From a virus (lineage: Duplodnaviria > Caudoviricetes): a stretch of 41,520 nt of DNA. A program made the position numbers and the translations under genes. The stretch covers positions 1 through 41,520 of IMG/VR virus record IMGVR_UViG_3300036821_000042. The stretch is one strand, 5' to 3'. The notes under the pieces are model-generated. The model saw only the letters and a program-made list of their open reading frames with translations. It had not been told where the DNA came from and did no database searches. Below are positions 24,332-32,144 of the stretch, one piece after another; the first letter of the stretch is position 1; the number at the start of each line of letters is the position of its first letter.

Positions 24332-25008
24332 CAGATCGCCCACATCGGGTCGAGCGAGCTGTGCACCGGGGCCTCCCGCACATAAGCGGCGTAGGACCCC
24401 ATATCTCGGGCTCGCGCGGTCTCGAAATTCAGCTCGTCCAAAAAAGCGTTCAGCATCGGTTCCATCAGCTGGATATAGCGGTCGTCGCGTACCGTTCTGA
24501 GGTAGAACGGCGGCATCCTCGGATGCCAGCTGTAGAAATGCCCCCGCTCGAACTCGCCGATGAACAGCTGGCCCTGCACCTGGGGGCGATAGTCGTTGCC
24601 CAAGCCGTCAAGCAGGTAGCCGATCTGCGTCCAGGGCATCGGGCATTTGATCTCGACCGACTCGCGACCACCTTTGGCCAGCATGTCCGGCGAACACCCG
24701 AGGCGTCCCAGATCATCGGTGACGAAGCCAACGGGCTCCAGCTCAAGGTTGTGGGTGAACTCCAGCTGGGCGGCTGCGTTCGGCTGCTCGATCTTGCCCC
24801 GCTCGACCCACTCCACCCGGTCGGCCCCGTCCTCCATCTGCTCGTTGAGCAGCCGCTCGGCGATTAGGCGGTACATGTACCCGCGCGCTTGTGCGGACGG
24901 CTTGCCGCCCGGTGTGATGATCTTGTGGAACATGCTGGACGTCGGCACACCGATACGGAGTGCGTGCCACTCGGGCGTTCCCTGATCGACGCGATGAATT
25001 TTGCTCAC
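24331..25008 (-). CDS. YqaJ/lambda-exonuclease family protein
   Basis: 'QGTPEWHALR-G-PTSS', 'RG--EQP-A', 'GCSPD', 'EIKCP', 'Y-PQVQGQL'; GTG start overlapping the upstream stop. Confidence 0.92.
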   Translation of the reverse strand: MSKIHRVDQGTPEWHALRIGVPTSSMFHKIITPGGKPSAQARGYMYRLIAERLLNEQMEDGADRVEWVERGKIEQPNAAAQLEFTHNLELEPVGFVTDDLGRLGCSPDMLAKGGRESVEIKCPMPWTQIGYLLDGLGNDYRPQVQGQLFIGEFERGHFYSWHPRMPPFYLRTVRDDRYIQLMEPMLNAFLDELNFETARARDMGSYAAYVREAPVHSSLDPMWAI

Positions 25009-25202
25009 GACTCGTTCCCTGCCTTCATAAGTGCGCCAGCGAACACGCCCGCAAGCCACGCACGGTTCTCGTCAGACATTGTGTCCTTGGGCAACGTGTC
25101 CAAGATTTCCCATGCGCGGTCGATTGCCCAATGCTTGCCCGGAGGATAGTTCGACGGATAACGGCGACCGTTGATGATGACGTAGCCTGGATCATTGCTC
25201 AT
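25005..25202 (-). CDS. Hypothetical protein
   Basis: Part of the overlapping - strand gene chain. Confidence 0.65.
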   Translation of the reverse strand: MSNDPGYVIINGRRYPSNYPPGKHWAIDRAWEILDTLPKDTMSDENRAWLAGVFAGALMKAGNES

Positions 25203-25404
25203 TTCTCTTGTCGCCTATTGTCGGAAAATGTCGGGAAATGTCGGGAGCCGCACGCCCATCCTCTAGCCCTTTCGCATAGGCTTTCCCGATCAGTTGCTTT
25301 ATCCCCATCGTCGCATCTTGGAGCGGCTGTATCCAAAAGTTGCCGCCACTGGCACGTCGAACGGCTGTTTGGATGATCGCGTATATCTCTTGATCTTCGA
25401 TCAT
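25192..25404 (-). CDS. Hypothetical protein
   Basis: ATGA overlap; 'AYAKGLEDG' motif. Confidence 0.65.
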   Translation of the reverse strand: MIEDQEIYAIIQTAVRRASGGNFWIQPLQDATMGIKQLIGKAYAKGLEDGRAAPDISRHFPTIGDKRNEQ

Positions 25405-25589
25405 CCGGGTTCTCTCTTGTGGAACGATATGGCGCAGTCCTCCTCAAGGAAACGCAGCAGCTCTGCAAAGACTTGGGGCTCAAGTCCGACCCAGTGCTCG
25501 CCGTGCTCACGCGGCGCGCGGAGCGTGATCATGAATCCGTCGAAAGATGCGTAGAGACCATCGCCCAAATAGCGCTCAACTTTGATCAT
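25401..25589 (-). CDS. Hypothetical protein
   Basis: 'YLGDGLYASFDG...LEPQV' motif seen in small phage proteins. Confidence 0.7.
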   Translation of the reverse strand: MIKVERYLGDGLYASFDGFMITLRAPREHGEHWVGLEPQVFAELLRFLEEDCAISFHKREPG

Positions 25590-25591
25590 GG

Positions 25592-25771
25592 TCAGATGAA
25601 GCCCTTATCCTTGGCCAGCCATTCCGGCATCGTGAACGTGCCGTCACCGTTGTTCTCGACCTGAGATTTCGGCACCCACGCACTGATCTTGCCGTCGAAC
25701 AAGCGATAGGCTTGCGGAGTCTGTCCGCGCACCTCTGCTGCAACATCAAACAATTTTGCATCGTCGTTCAT
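25592..25771 (-). CDS. Small beta-barrel-like phage protein
   Basis: 'T-QAY...AWVPKSQVE...TFTMPEWLA-DKG' motif; ATGA overlap at 25771. Confidence 0.75.
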   Translation of the reverse strand: MNDDAKLFDVAAEVRGQTPQAYRLFDGKISAWVPKSQVENNGDGTFTMPEWLAKDKGFI

Positions 25772-25992
25772 CTGAACCCCACGATAAAGCGGCGCGCTTC
25801 GATGGCGTCGTTGCTCATTGCGAAGAACAGCCCCACAGGCATCATCTTTTCGGCAACGCCTTTGAAATCCTCGTGCTTCGATAGGTCCGAGCTGATAGAT
25901 ACGATTGCGTTCGCGACCTCGCCCCGGTCGAGATATTCCAGGGCTCGCTTTTTGCACTTTGCCAGATACACGTCTCGATCCTCGGTGATCAT
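25768..25992 (-). CDS. Hypothetical protein
   Basis: 'CKKRALEYLD-G...SDL-KH' motif; ATGA overlaps. Confidence 0.7.
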   Translation of the reverse strand: MITEDRDVYLAKCKKRALEYLDRGEVANAIVSISSDLSKHEDFKGVAEKMMPVGLFFAMSNDAIEARRFIVGFR

Positions 25993-26213
25993 TGCAACTG
26001 CTCCTCGATCAGAACGCGCTTGATGGCGTAAGGGCCACGACAGCCGACACCGGGCTGTCCATAGATGGCACGACCCTGCGTCAATTGCTCAAAAGTGTCC
26101 TTCATCGTGAGATCAAAACACTCGTACAACTCACACAGCATCGTGCCGGTAGTCTCAAATGGCGCTCCTTCGGCACCGTGACCGGCGACGTAGAAGCGCC
26201 AGGACTTTCTCAC
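25989..26213 (-). CDS. Hypothetical protein
   Basis: GTGA overlap at 26213; 'LTQGRAIYGQPGVGCRGPY'. Confidence 0.6.
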   Translation of the reverse strand: MRKSWRFYVAGHGAEGAPFETTGTMLCELYECFDLTMKDTFEQLTQGRAIYGQPGVGCRGPYAIKRVLIEEQLQ

Positions 26214-26503
26214 AGCGGCACGCTTCCGAGGTCGCCCGGTGCGGAATGACCGGGCGGGTAGTTGACGGGCTCGGGCCTGGAACCATCGCGCGGATTTCCG
26301 TCCGGGTAGCGTGTGATCGCGACGTTCGCCCACATCGCTGCGGTACGCAGCGTCCGCATGACGTAGGTTTTGTCCGGGCCTTCCGGCAGAACGCTACCGA
26401 GCGTTTCGTGTAGCTTGCTGAATGCGTCTCGTGCGCGCTGCATGTCATCCTTCTGTACGGTGGTCGGGCTGAGATAGTTAAAGACTGATTCGTGTAGCGT
26501 CAT
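26210..26503 (-). CDS. Acb2/Tad1-like helical-hairpin protein (candidate signalling-nucleotide sponge)
   Basis: 'FNYLSP...Q...R-AF--L---L---LPEGPDK...L--AAMWAN-AITR' resembles the recalled pattern of this family; GGAGG RBS. Confidence 0.6.
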   Translation of the reverse strand: MTLHESVFNYLSPTTVQKDDMQRARDAFSKLHETLGSVLPEGPDKTYVMRTLRTAAMWANVAITRYPDGNPRDGSRPEPVNYPPGHSAPGDLGSVPL

Positions 26504-26514
26504 TTCTTCCTCCA

Positions 26515-26649
26515 TCAGTAGCAGGACGTGGTGCAGTAGCTCGTGTTCCCGATCTTGGTGCAGATTGTGGAACAACTGTTCTGCGCTTCACCCGTTCGCG
26601 GGCAGGATGCGAGCGCGGACAGAAGCAGCACCGTGAAGATGATCCTCAT
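26515..26649 (-). CDS. Small secreted or lipid-anchored Cys-rich peptide (not in ORF track)
   Basis: MRIIFTVLLLSALASCPRTGEAQNSCSTICTKIGNTSYCTTSCY*; lipobox LASC; ATGA overlap with the ERF stop; GGAG RBS. Confidence 0.7.
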   Translation of the reverse strand: MRIIFTVLLLSALASCPRTGEAQNSCSTICTKIGNTSYCTTSCY

Positions 26650-27386
26650 TTCTTCTCTCCCATGCTGCGCTGCTTCTCTTTCAGCGCGTTCATCAGACGC
26701 GGATAGTCCCGCTCCTGAATGTCCTCGATCTTCTCGCAGCCGGTTACGAACAGTCGCAGAAACGTCTCGGGCTGAGTCTTGATCGCCTTGAGCAACACGC
26801 GCAGCTCGGTAGCCTGCGCTGGCGTGATCGCCTTGGGCACCGCCCGTCTGCCGTCATCGTCCTCGCCCTTGCGGACGATGTTGCACAAACCCTCCGCGAT
26901 GTAGCGCTTGGCGTAGGAGATCGAGGAGCCGATAGCCTGCAGGCTGTTGCGCCCAGGCCCGGTGTCGGGCGGCATTTCGCGCTCGGACGAGATCGAGTGG
27001 CCGTCGATGTGCATCAGCTCGCCGCGCACAACGACATTGCCCTTGCCGGTTTGGAGCTGGCTGAACGTCAGCGCAAAACCAAAATCCTGCAGGATCGGAC
27101 GAATCAGGTCGTCCAGGTCCTCCCACAGGACGTACTTGTAGCTGCCGAGTTTCTTGCCTTCCTTGGTGATCAGCTCGACCACGCCGTTTTTATCGACCTT
27201 GGGCATCTTGCTCGCCATCGCAACGAAGGCCGTTTGAAAAGCCTCCCTGCGCCGGTCGGCGAGAATGTCTTTCTGCATCTGCAGGACCACCTGCAACTTG
27301 TCCGCCGTGATGCTGGGATCGGACAGCACCTTCATCAGCTGTTCGCCGAATCCTTGTGCGGGCGCAACGCGCGTGACGTCGTTCAT
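26646..27386 (-). CDS. ERF-family single-strand annealing protein
   Basis: ERF signature 'QAIGSSISYAKRY' followed by 'EDDDG'; upstream 'YKY...EDL---IRPIL---G'. Confidence 0.9.
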   Translation of the reverse strand: MNDVTRVAPAQGFGEQLMKVLSDPSITADKLQVVLQMQKDILADRRREAFQTAFVAMASKMPKVDKNGVVELITKEGKKLGSYKYVLWEDLDDLIRPILQDFGFALTFSQLQTGKGNVVVRGELMHIDGHSISSEREMPPDTGPGRNSLQAIGSSISYAKRYIAEGLCNIVRKGEDDDGRRAVPKAITPAQATELRVLLKAIKTQPETFLRLFVTGCEKIEDIQERDYPRLMNALKEKQRSMGEKK

Positions 27387-27613
27387 GTGTACGGATTGCC
27401 TTCCGTTTTGGCCTTGTATTGTGCCCGGTAGGTTTCATCCAGCAGACGGCGCAGCTCGTGTTGGGCTGCGTCTTTCACCGCATTGTAAGCCGCTTCACTC
27501 AGATGGTCCTCTGGCCCCAGCTCCATCGTCACAGACGACTCGATCCGCAACGACTGAAAGTTGCCGAGGTTGATCGTCTTGGCGCAGCCGATAGTAAAAG
27601 CCTTGACAGTCAT
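27383..27613 (-). CDS. Hypothetical protein
   Basis: 'KTINLGNFQSLRIE' motif; first gene of the leftward operon. Confidence 0.75.
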   Translation of the reverse strand: MTVKAFTIGCAKTINLGNFQSLRIESSVTMELGPEDHLSEAAYNAVKDAAQHELRRLLDETYRAQYKAKTEGNPYT

Positions 27614-27666
27614 AGTTCGCTTCTAGGGTCATTGCGCCGCTGTTGTCAAGATGATAAATTGCCGGC
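27614..27666. promoter_or_regulatory. Overlapping divergent promoters
   Basis: + strand: TTGCGC (27632), 17 nt, TAAATT (27655-27660), 6 nt, ATG. - strand: TTGACA (27649-27644), 18 nt, TAGAAG, 6 nt, ATG. Confidence 0.6.
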
Positions 27667-27972
27667 ATGGCAACGGAAGCGGCACAGCGAGAGCGAGCGC
27701 TTAAACTCGCCGAGAGACTACTGGAGATCAGTCCCGAGGCTGACGAGGTGCTGATTCAGCGCGTCCTCAATCGGCTCAAGATGCCGATGTCCAGAGTGTT
27801 GGCTAAGGTGCCGGGTGATTCGATCCCCGAGAAATGCAAGCGGATCGGCATTTCTCGCCAAAACTACTATGCTTGGGTCAAGGGACTCTACCGACCGAGC
27901 GAGCGGCAGGCGAAGCGCCTGGAGGCGCTGACCGGCTACGCCGCTGACCGCATCACAGGCAAGGCTGACTAA
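27667..27972 (+). CDS. Cro/CI-type HTH transcriptional regulator
   Basis: 'EKCKRIGISRQNYYAWVKGLYRPSERQAKRLEALTG' is an XRE-type HTH; isolated + strand gene divergent from the recombination operon. Confidence 0.8.
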   Translation: MATEAAQRERALKLAERLLEISPEADEVLIQRVLNRLKMPMSRVLAKVPGDSIPEKCKRIGISRQNYYAWVKGLYRPSERQAKRLEALTGYAADRITGKAD

Positions 27973-28136
27973 CGCCGTCGAGCGCGGCGACGGCGGCGTT
28001 TGCGCCGCGAGCGCCGCGCGTTCGATAGTGCAATCGCGACGATCTGCTTATTCGAGCGCGGCCTACTGCCGTGGTGGTGCAGCTCGCGAATGTTCTCGCT
28101 TATCGTCGCTCTGGACGATCCTGGCTTGAGAGGCAT
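27969..28136 (-). CDS. Small basic protein with a poly-Arg tail (not in ORF track)
   Basis: MPLKPGSSRATISENIRELHHHGSRPRSNKQIVAIALSNARRSRRKRRRRRARRR*; AGGAGG RBS; 'KQxxAIALSxAR' recalls DUF6496-like proteins. Confidence 0.75.
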   Translation of the reverse strand: MPLKPGSSRATISENIRELHHHGSRPRSNKQIVAIALSNARRSRRKRRRRRARRR

Positions 28137-28377
28137 TGCCACCTCCTGCGCTTGCCGGGAGCTGCGCCTGTTCCGGCGGCTTCTGCGCTCTGGGCTGAAT
28201 CATACCCCAGCGCTGCATTTCGGCGTGCAGGTTTTGCATCGCCAGCTCCAGCATACGGTACAGCTCGCTCACGTTTTTCGTGTGAGCGGCCCGCTCCGCA
28301 GTGTGGCGCGCAGCCAGCTCGTCGCCCTCGTCTTGAGCATTTTCAGCCAGCCTGAGCAGAAACTCGACTTGGTTCAC
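28063..28377 (-). CDS. Hypothetical coiled-coil protein
   Basis: AGGAGG RBS before GTG; its 3' end overlaps the basic-protein gene. Confidence 0.6.
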   Translation of the reverse strand: MNQVEFLLRLAENAQDEGDELAARHTAERAAHTKNVSELYRMLELAMQNLHAEMQRWGMIQPRAQKPPEQAQLPASAGGGNASQARIVQSDDKREHSRAAPPRQ

Positions 28378-28621
28378 GTTGCCCTCCTGGGTATCGCGGG
28401 CGGCTTCGCACCATCCGCCCGACTGGTGTTAAGCGGTATTTCGCCGGCAGTCCGATGATCGCCACGATCAGCCCATCCGCGATCAGTCGTCGCAGTACCT
28501 GACCTGAATTAGGCGCCGGTGTCATTCCCAGCTCGATTCTGTCCAGCATCACGAGTCGCGCTCGCGATACGTCGATCCGCTTGGGCTGGGGCAAGCGGAA
28601 TAGATTAGGCTGCGTCGTCAT
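28343..28621 (-). CDS. Hypothetical protein with a winged-helix-like C-terminus
   Basis: 'LRRLIADGLI...YRLTPVGR'; ATGA overlap at 28621. Confidence 0.6.
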   Translation of the reverse strand: MTTQPNLFRLPQPKRIDVSRARLVMLDRIELGMTPAPNSGQVLRRLIADGLIVAIIGLPAKYRLTPVGRMVRSRPRYPGGQREPSRVSAQAG

Positions 28622-28803
28622 CCGTGGATGGGCGGCCCGAAGGCGTGCCAGCCCAGCAGCAGGAACAGAATGAAGATCAGCAGCGTCCCGGCTGCAGGGA
28701 AGAAGGCGTAGAAGCGGGACTGCGGCGCTCCAGGCCAGGACCACCAGAGTCCGAAAACTAGCCACAGCAGCATCAGAATCCAAAACGCTAGACCGATAGT
28801 CAT
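28618..28803 (-). CDS. Small two-TM membrane protein (holin candidate)
   Basis: MTIGLAFWILMLLWLVFGLWW...LLIFILFLLLGWHAFG; GGAGG RBS; two genes downstream of the endolysin. Confidence 0.65.
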   Translation of the reverse strand: MTIGLAFWILMLLWLVFGLWWSWPGAPQSRFYAFFPAAGTLLIFILFLLLGWHAFGPPIHG

Positions 28804-28813
28804 GGGCGTCCTC

Positions 28814-29323
28814 CTATGCCGGCGATCCGATGCCGCCGAGGTTCGACAAGCGGTCTTTTTCATAAGCGTCGATCACACCGCGCAGTCGCTTGATCTCCTC
28901 CCGCTGCACCGCGTCCTTTTTCTCCAGCGCCTCAATCGCGATTCTGAGCGGTTCCGCCAGAGCGCCCAGCCGCTCGATCTCGGCGACGTTATCTTCAATG
29001 ATCTGCGAGGCCTGCTCGGTGCGAGTGTGCCACATCGCGACCTCGCGATAGGCCGCTTGCAAAAGCCGATCCATGTCGCCGATCTTCCACCGATACCACG
29101 CGATCCATTCATGCGGCGGGGAATCGGGGCGAGGATATTCGGGCTCGGTGATGCTTTCACCGCTTCTCTCGTGCTTGTCGATGAAGCAATCGAGCCAGTC
29201 GATGTTGTCGGCAAGCACCTCCATACCGAGGAAGAACGAGTCATCGCGACTGTCCGCAAATCTCCGCAACTCCCGCAGATTGCCGAGGATCGAACGCAGG
29301 TAGTGCAGCTCCTGCTCGTTCAC
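28814..29323 (-). CDS. Hypothetical coiled-coil protein
   Basis: GTGA overlap with the endolysin stop; heptad-like C-terminus. Confidence 0.65.
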   Translation of the reverse strand: MNEQELHYLRSILGNLRELRRFADSRDDSFFLGMEVLADNIDWLDCFIDKHERSGESITEPEYPRPDSPPHEWIAWYRWKIGDMDRLLQAAYREVAMWHTRTEQASQIIEDNVAEIERLGALAEPLRIAIEALEKKDAVQREEIKRLRGVIDAYEKDRLSNLGGIGSPA

Positions 29324-30891
29324 GCCACTATCTCCGACTCATCGACATAGCCCACCACCATGCCCAGCATATCGTAAGCGGCCCGCACCACCTCGGCCTC
29401 CATGCGATTGATAGGTCCGTAGTGCTGACGCAAATTGCGCAGCGTGATCGTGCAGACCTCTGCCGCGTAGGCGGGCTGCTCTTTCGACATCTGCTGATGC
29501 TTCGCGCCGTTGCCGCTGCCGTAGTTCTGCCAGGACGACGACGAGCACGACACGCCGTCCTTGAATTGTGCGAGGAAGCCCTGCGGGTTTGCTCCACCGC
29601 CTGCGGCAAAGTCATTGAACACCACACTGAAATTCGGCGACCCGCCGCGAGCGTCGTAGCTCGTCTGCCACGCCCCCGCCTCGGCAGTATCGGCGGTCGT
29701 GTTCGAGGCCGACTGGTCGCGGCCTTCGCAGTGCTTGCCCGAGGACTCGCGCATCCCCAGGCCCATGAGCAGCGTGAACAGCGCGAGCAGCGCTTCAACG
29801 CCGTTGCGGTCGATGTCGATGTCGAGATCATCGAAGATGTCGCCGTAGTAGCTCAGCGCATCCTTGTCGGAATTGCCGGTGCTGGCCTTCGCCATGTCTA
29901 TCGCCGGCTCGTAGCCCATCAGCATCTGCCGATAGGTGTTGGCGAACGCGAGCGCCACGCCCTTGGTGTATCCGGCCGGCGCCTTGCCGCGATCCCGCCA
30001 CGAGTAGCTGGCAATGGGCGAGGTCGTGGCGATGTCACAGATGGCCCTGATCTGAGCATCCGACAGCGGCGGGGGCAAACCGGGCGGTTGATACGGCGGA
30101 CTATCCGTCTCTAGCGCTGTCCAGGTTTGCTCCCCGACGATGCCGTCAACGTCCAGTCGGCGCGAGGCTTGATAGGATCGCACCGCACTGTCCGTTGCAG
30201 ACCCGAAATCTCCATCGGTGTCGAGGCCGGCCATGTTGTCGCTGTTCAGCTGCTGCTGCAGGTAGACAACATCCGGCCCCTCGTCGCCTTTGCGCAGTGT
30301 CGGCCGGCTCTCGCCGTCTGGTCCGGTCGGCGGCGGCACCGGCAGCGACTCCTGCCCGACCAACGCAGCTGCAGCAGCTGCGGCAATGGCAGCTTGATTC
30401 TGCCGGTAGAGGTCCGCATCGGCTTTCGAATTTACGAAGCACACCTCAATCAGCACGCTCGGCTTGGCAGTGTTGTTGAGAAAGTAGAAACTGCTCGTGT
30501 ACTTTTTCCCGCGATTTTTCAACTTGCCCGCAATCGCGATGCTTTCGGACACCCTGCCCGCGAGCGCCGCCTGCGTGACGTACCAACATTCAGTCCCGAC
30601 CGGATTCGCTGTCTGGTTAGACCCGTTGAATGTTGCCGAGTTGAAATGGACCGAGACATCCAGGTCCCGCGTCTGTGAATTGTGGTACGACACGATGGTT
30701 TTGAGGTTCTGGTCCTTGTTCTTACTCGTGTCGTCGTGAAATACCTTCACGTCATGGCCAGCTTCCCGCAGGCTGGCCGCCATCAACTCCACGGTGTCGC
30801 GGGCCTCGTCCACCTCGATCAGTCCCCACGGCGACGGTCCATTGGCTCCGGGGACATACTTGCCGTGGCCGGATGAAATCACCAGTCGCAT
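29320..30891 (-). CDS. Endolysin: Amidase_3 + PG_binding_1 + C-terminal domain
   Basis: Zn-amidase motifs 'SSGHG', 'E', 'SVHFNS', 'VLIEVCF'; PG-binding 'LRKGDEGPDV--LQ...DGDFG--T--AV--YQ...DGIVG--TW'; AGGAGG RBS. Confidence 0.9.
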   Translation of the reverse strand: MRLVISSGHGKYVPGANGPSPWGLIEVDEARDTVELMAASLREAGHDVKVFHDDTSKNKDQNLKTIVSYHNSQTRDLDVSVHFNSATFNGSNQTANPVGTECWYVTQAALAGRVSESIAIAGKLKNRGKKYTSSFYFLNNTAKPSVLIEVCFVNSKADADLYRQNQAAIAAAAAAALVGQESLPVPPPTGPDGESRPTLRKGDEGPDVVYLQQQLNSDNMAGLDTDGDFGSATDSAVRSYQASRRLDVDGIVGEQTWTALETDSPPYQPPGLPPPLSDAQIRAICDIATTSPIASYSWRDRGKAPAGYTKGVALAFANTYRQMLMGYEPAIDMAKASTGNSDKDALSYYGDIFDDLDIDIDRNGVEALLALFTLLMGLGMRESSGKHCEGRDQSASNTTADTAEAGAWQTSYDARGGSPNFSVVFNDFAAGGGANPQGFLAQFKDGVSCSSSSWQNYGSGNGAKHQQMSKEQPAYAAEVCTITLRNLRQHYGPINRMEAEVVRAAYDMLGMVVGYVDESEIVA

Positions 30892-30900
30892 GTGTGCCTC

Positions 30901-31185
30901 CTATGCGTGGCCGCTGATGTCGGGCTGGCCTTCGAAGCGCTTGATCTGTTCCTTGAGCATTGTGACCACATCTTCGCGCTTCGCGTTCGAGATATAGTTC
31001 GCGCGACCGCTGCCACCTCCCTTGGCGAGTTCGGCCTCGACAAACGGAAACGCGATCAGCACAAAGCCCCACTCCCTCGCTTCGCCCTTCCGCTTACCGT
31101 TGAAGGTTTCATCAAGCACCTTCGCAATCGCGTTCATTTTCGCGTGCAATTCTGCTTGAATCGGCGCGTCACCTAATCGCTCCAT
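30901..31185 (-). CDS. Hypothetical protein
   Basis: GGAGG RBS; 'GFVLIAFPF...NYISNA-R' motif. Confidence 0.75.
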   Translation of the reverse strand: MERLGDAPIQAELHAKMNAIAKVLDETFNGKRKGEAREWGFVLIAFPFVEAELAKGGGSGRANYISNAKREDVVTMLKEQIKRFEGQPDISGHA

Positions 31186-31362
31186 TCACTCGCCTCCATC
31201 GAATAGCGCACCGCCGATGATCCGCTCGCACTCGTCCGTCCACGGCTCGCCGGACTTGATCACCGAGCGCGCAAATGCCAGCGCCTCCATCAGTCGGCGT
31301 ATCCGCCGCCCTTGGTAGGCGATCAGCGTCTCGCGAATTTCGACGGCATCCTCGTCCGGCAT
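31186..31362 (-). CDS. Hypothetical protein (not in ORF track)
   Basis: MPDEDAVEIRETLIAYQGRRIRRLMEALAFARSVIKSGEPWTDECERIIGGALFDGGE*; fills the gap exactly. Confidence 0.6.
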   Translation of the reverse strand: MPDEDAVEIRETLIAYQGRRIRRLMEALAFARSVIKSGEPWTDECERIIGGALFDGGE

Positions 31363-31366
31363 CACA

Positions 31367-31624
31367 TCATTGCACCGTAACCTGGCACGTCATCATAACA
31401 GAGCGCGGATCGTCCCGGCGTCCGGCTGTTGTGACCGCATAGCGCACCCCACAAGTCTCGCACTCGATGATGTAGCAGCCGCAGCGCGGGGCCGGATAGG
31501 GCAGCTCGACCTTGCATACAGGTCCGGTGCTCAGCGCCAGGATGTCCTTGCCCTCCGGGTATCTCGGGTCAGGCTTGCACCTTGCCTCTCGACCCGAGTC
31601 GATCCATTCGAGTTTGTGTTTCAT
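31367..31624 (-). CDS. Cys-containing hypothetical protein
   Basis: TGATG coupling at 31624; 'LPYPAPRCG...CETCG...TTAGR-DDP'. Confidence 0.7.
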   Translation of the reverse strand: MKHKLEWIDSGREARCKPDPRYPEGKDILALSTGPVCKVELPYPAPRCGCYIIECETCGVRYAVTTAGRRDDPRSVMMTCQVTVQ

Positions 31625-31842
31625 CAGATTTTTGCGTGCAGCATGTAGTTGTGACCGTTCATGCGGATGTTCGTCTGCTTCCCGCACTCCTCGCAGTTGC
31701 CGTAAAAGTGGAACACGTTGGGCGTGTCCATCGTCTGCTTGGCGCCGCAGTGCTCGCAGTTGAACTGCTGATACACGTCATGTCCTTGGTCGGCGAACAC
31801 CTTGGCCTTCTCGATCACCTCGCCCCAGGGATACAGCTTCAT
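31624..31842 (-). CDS. Zinc-ribbon protein
   Basis: CEHC...CEEC; AGGAGGAG RBS. Confidence 0.75.
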   Translation of the reverse strand: MKLYPWGEVIEKAKVFADQGHDVYQQFNCEHCGAKQTMDTPNVFHFYGNCEECGKQTNIRMNGHNYMLHAKI

Positions 31843-32144
31843 TGCTCCTCCTTATCCGCCTGCAGCCTCGTCCGCTCAGCCTCTACCAGCTCCCGTTTCA
31901 GTTCCTCGTGCGCCGTCTCCTTTATCTGCGCGATGTAGCCCTGCAGATTTTCCTCCTGAACCTGTTCGTCCGTCAGCTCCACAATACACGGAGGCTCCTT
32001 ATACGGATCGCTGCCGTAGACGTGAATCGTGATCCGCCCAAGGTAGATCGTCAACGACCCGCTGTCCTTCTCTCGGACATACCGGATGCGCGGGCAATCG
32101 AACACCGACATGCTATGCACATGCGCCACAGCTTTGGTCATCAT
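31839..32144 (-). CDS. Hypothetical protein
   Basis: Coupled to the upstream stop; acidic coiled-coil C-terminus; start is one of three nearby ATGs. Confidence 0.65.
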   Translation of the reverse strand: MMTKAVAHVHSMSVFDCPRIRYVREKDSGSLTIYLGRITIHVYGSDPYKEPPCIVELTDEQVQEENLQGYIAQIKETAHEELKRELVEAERTRLQADKEEQ

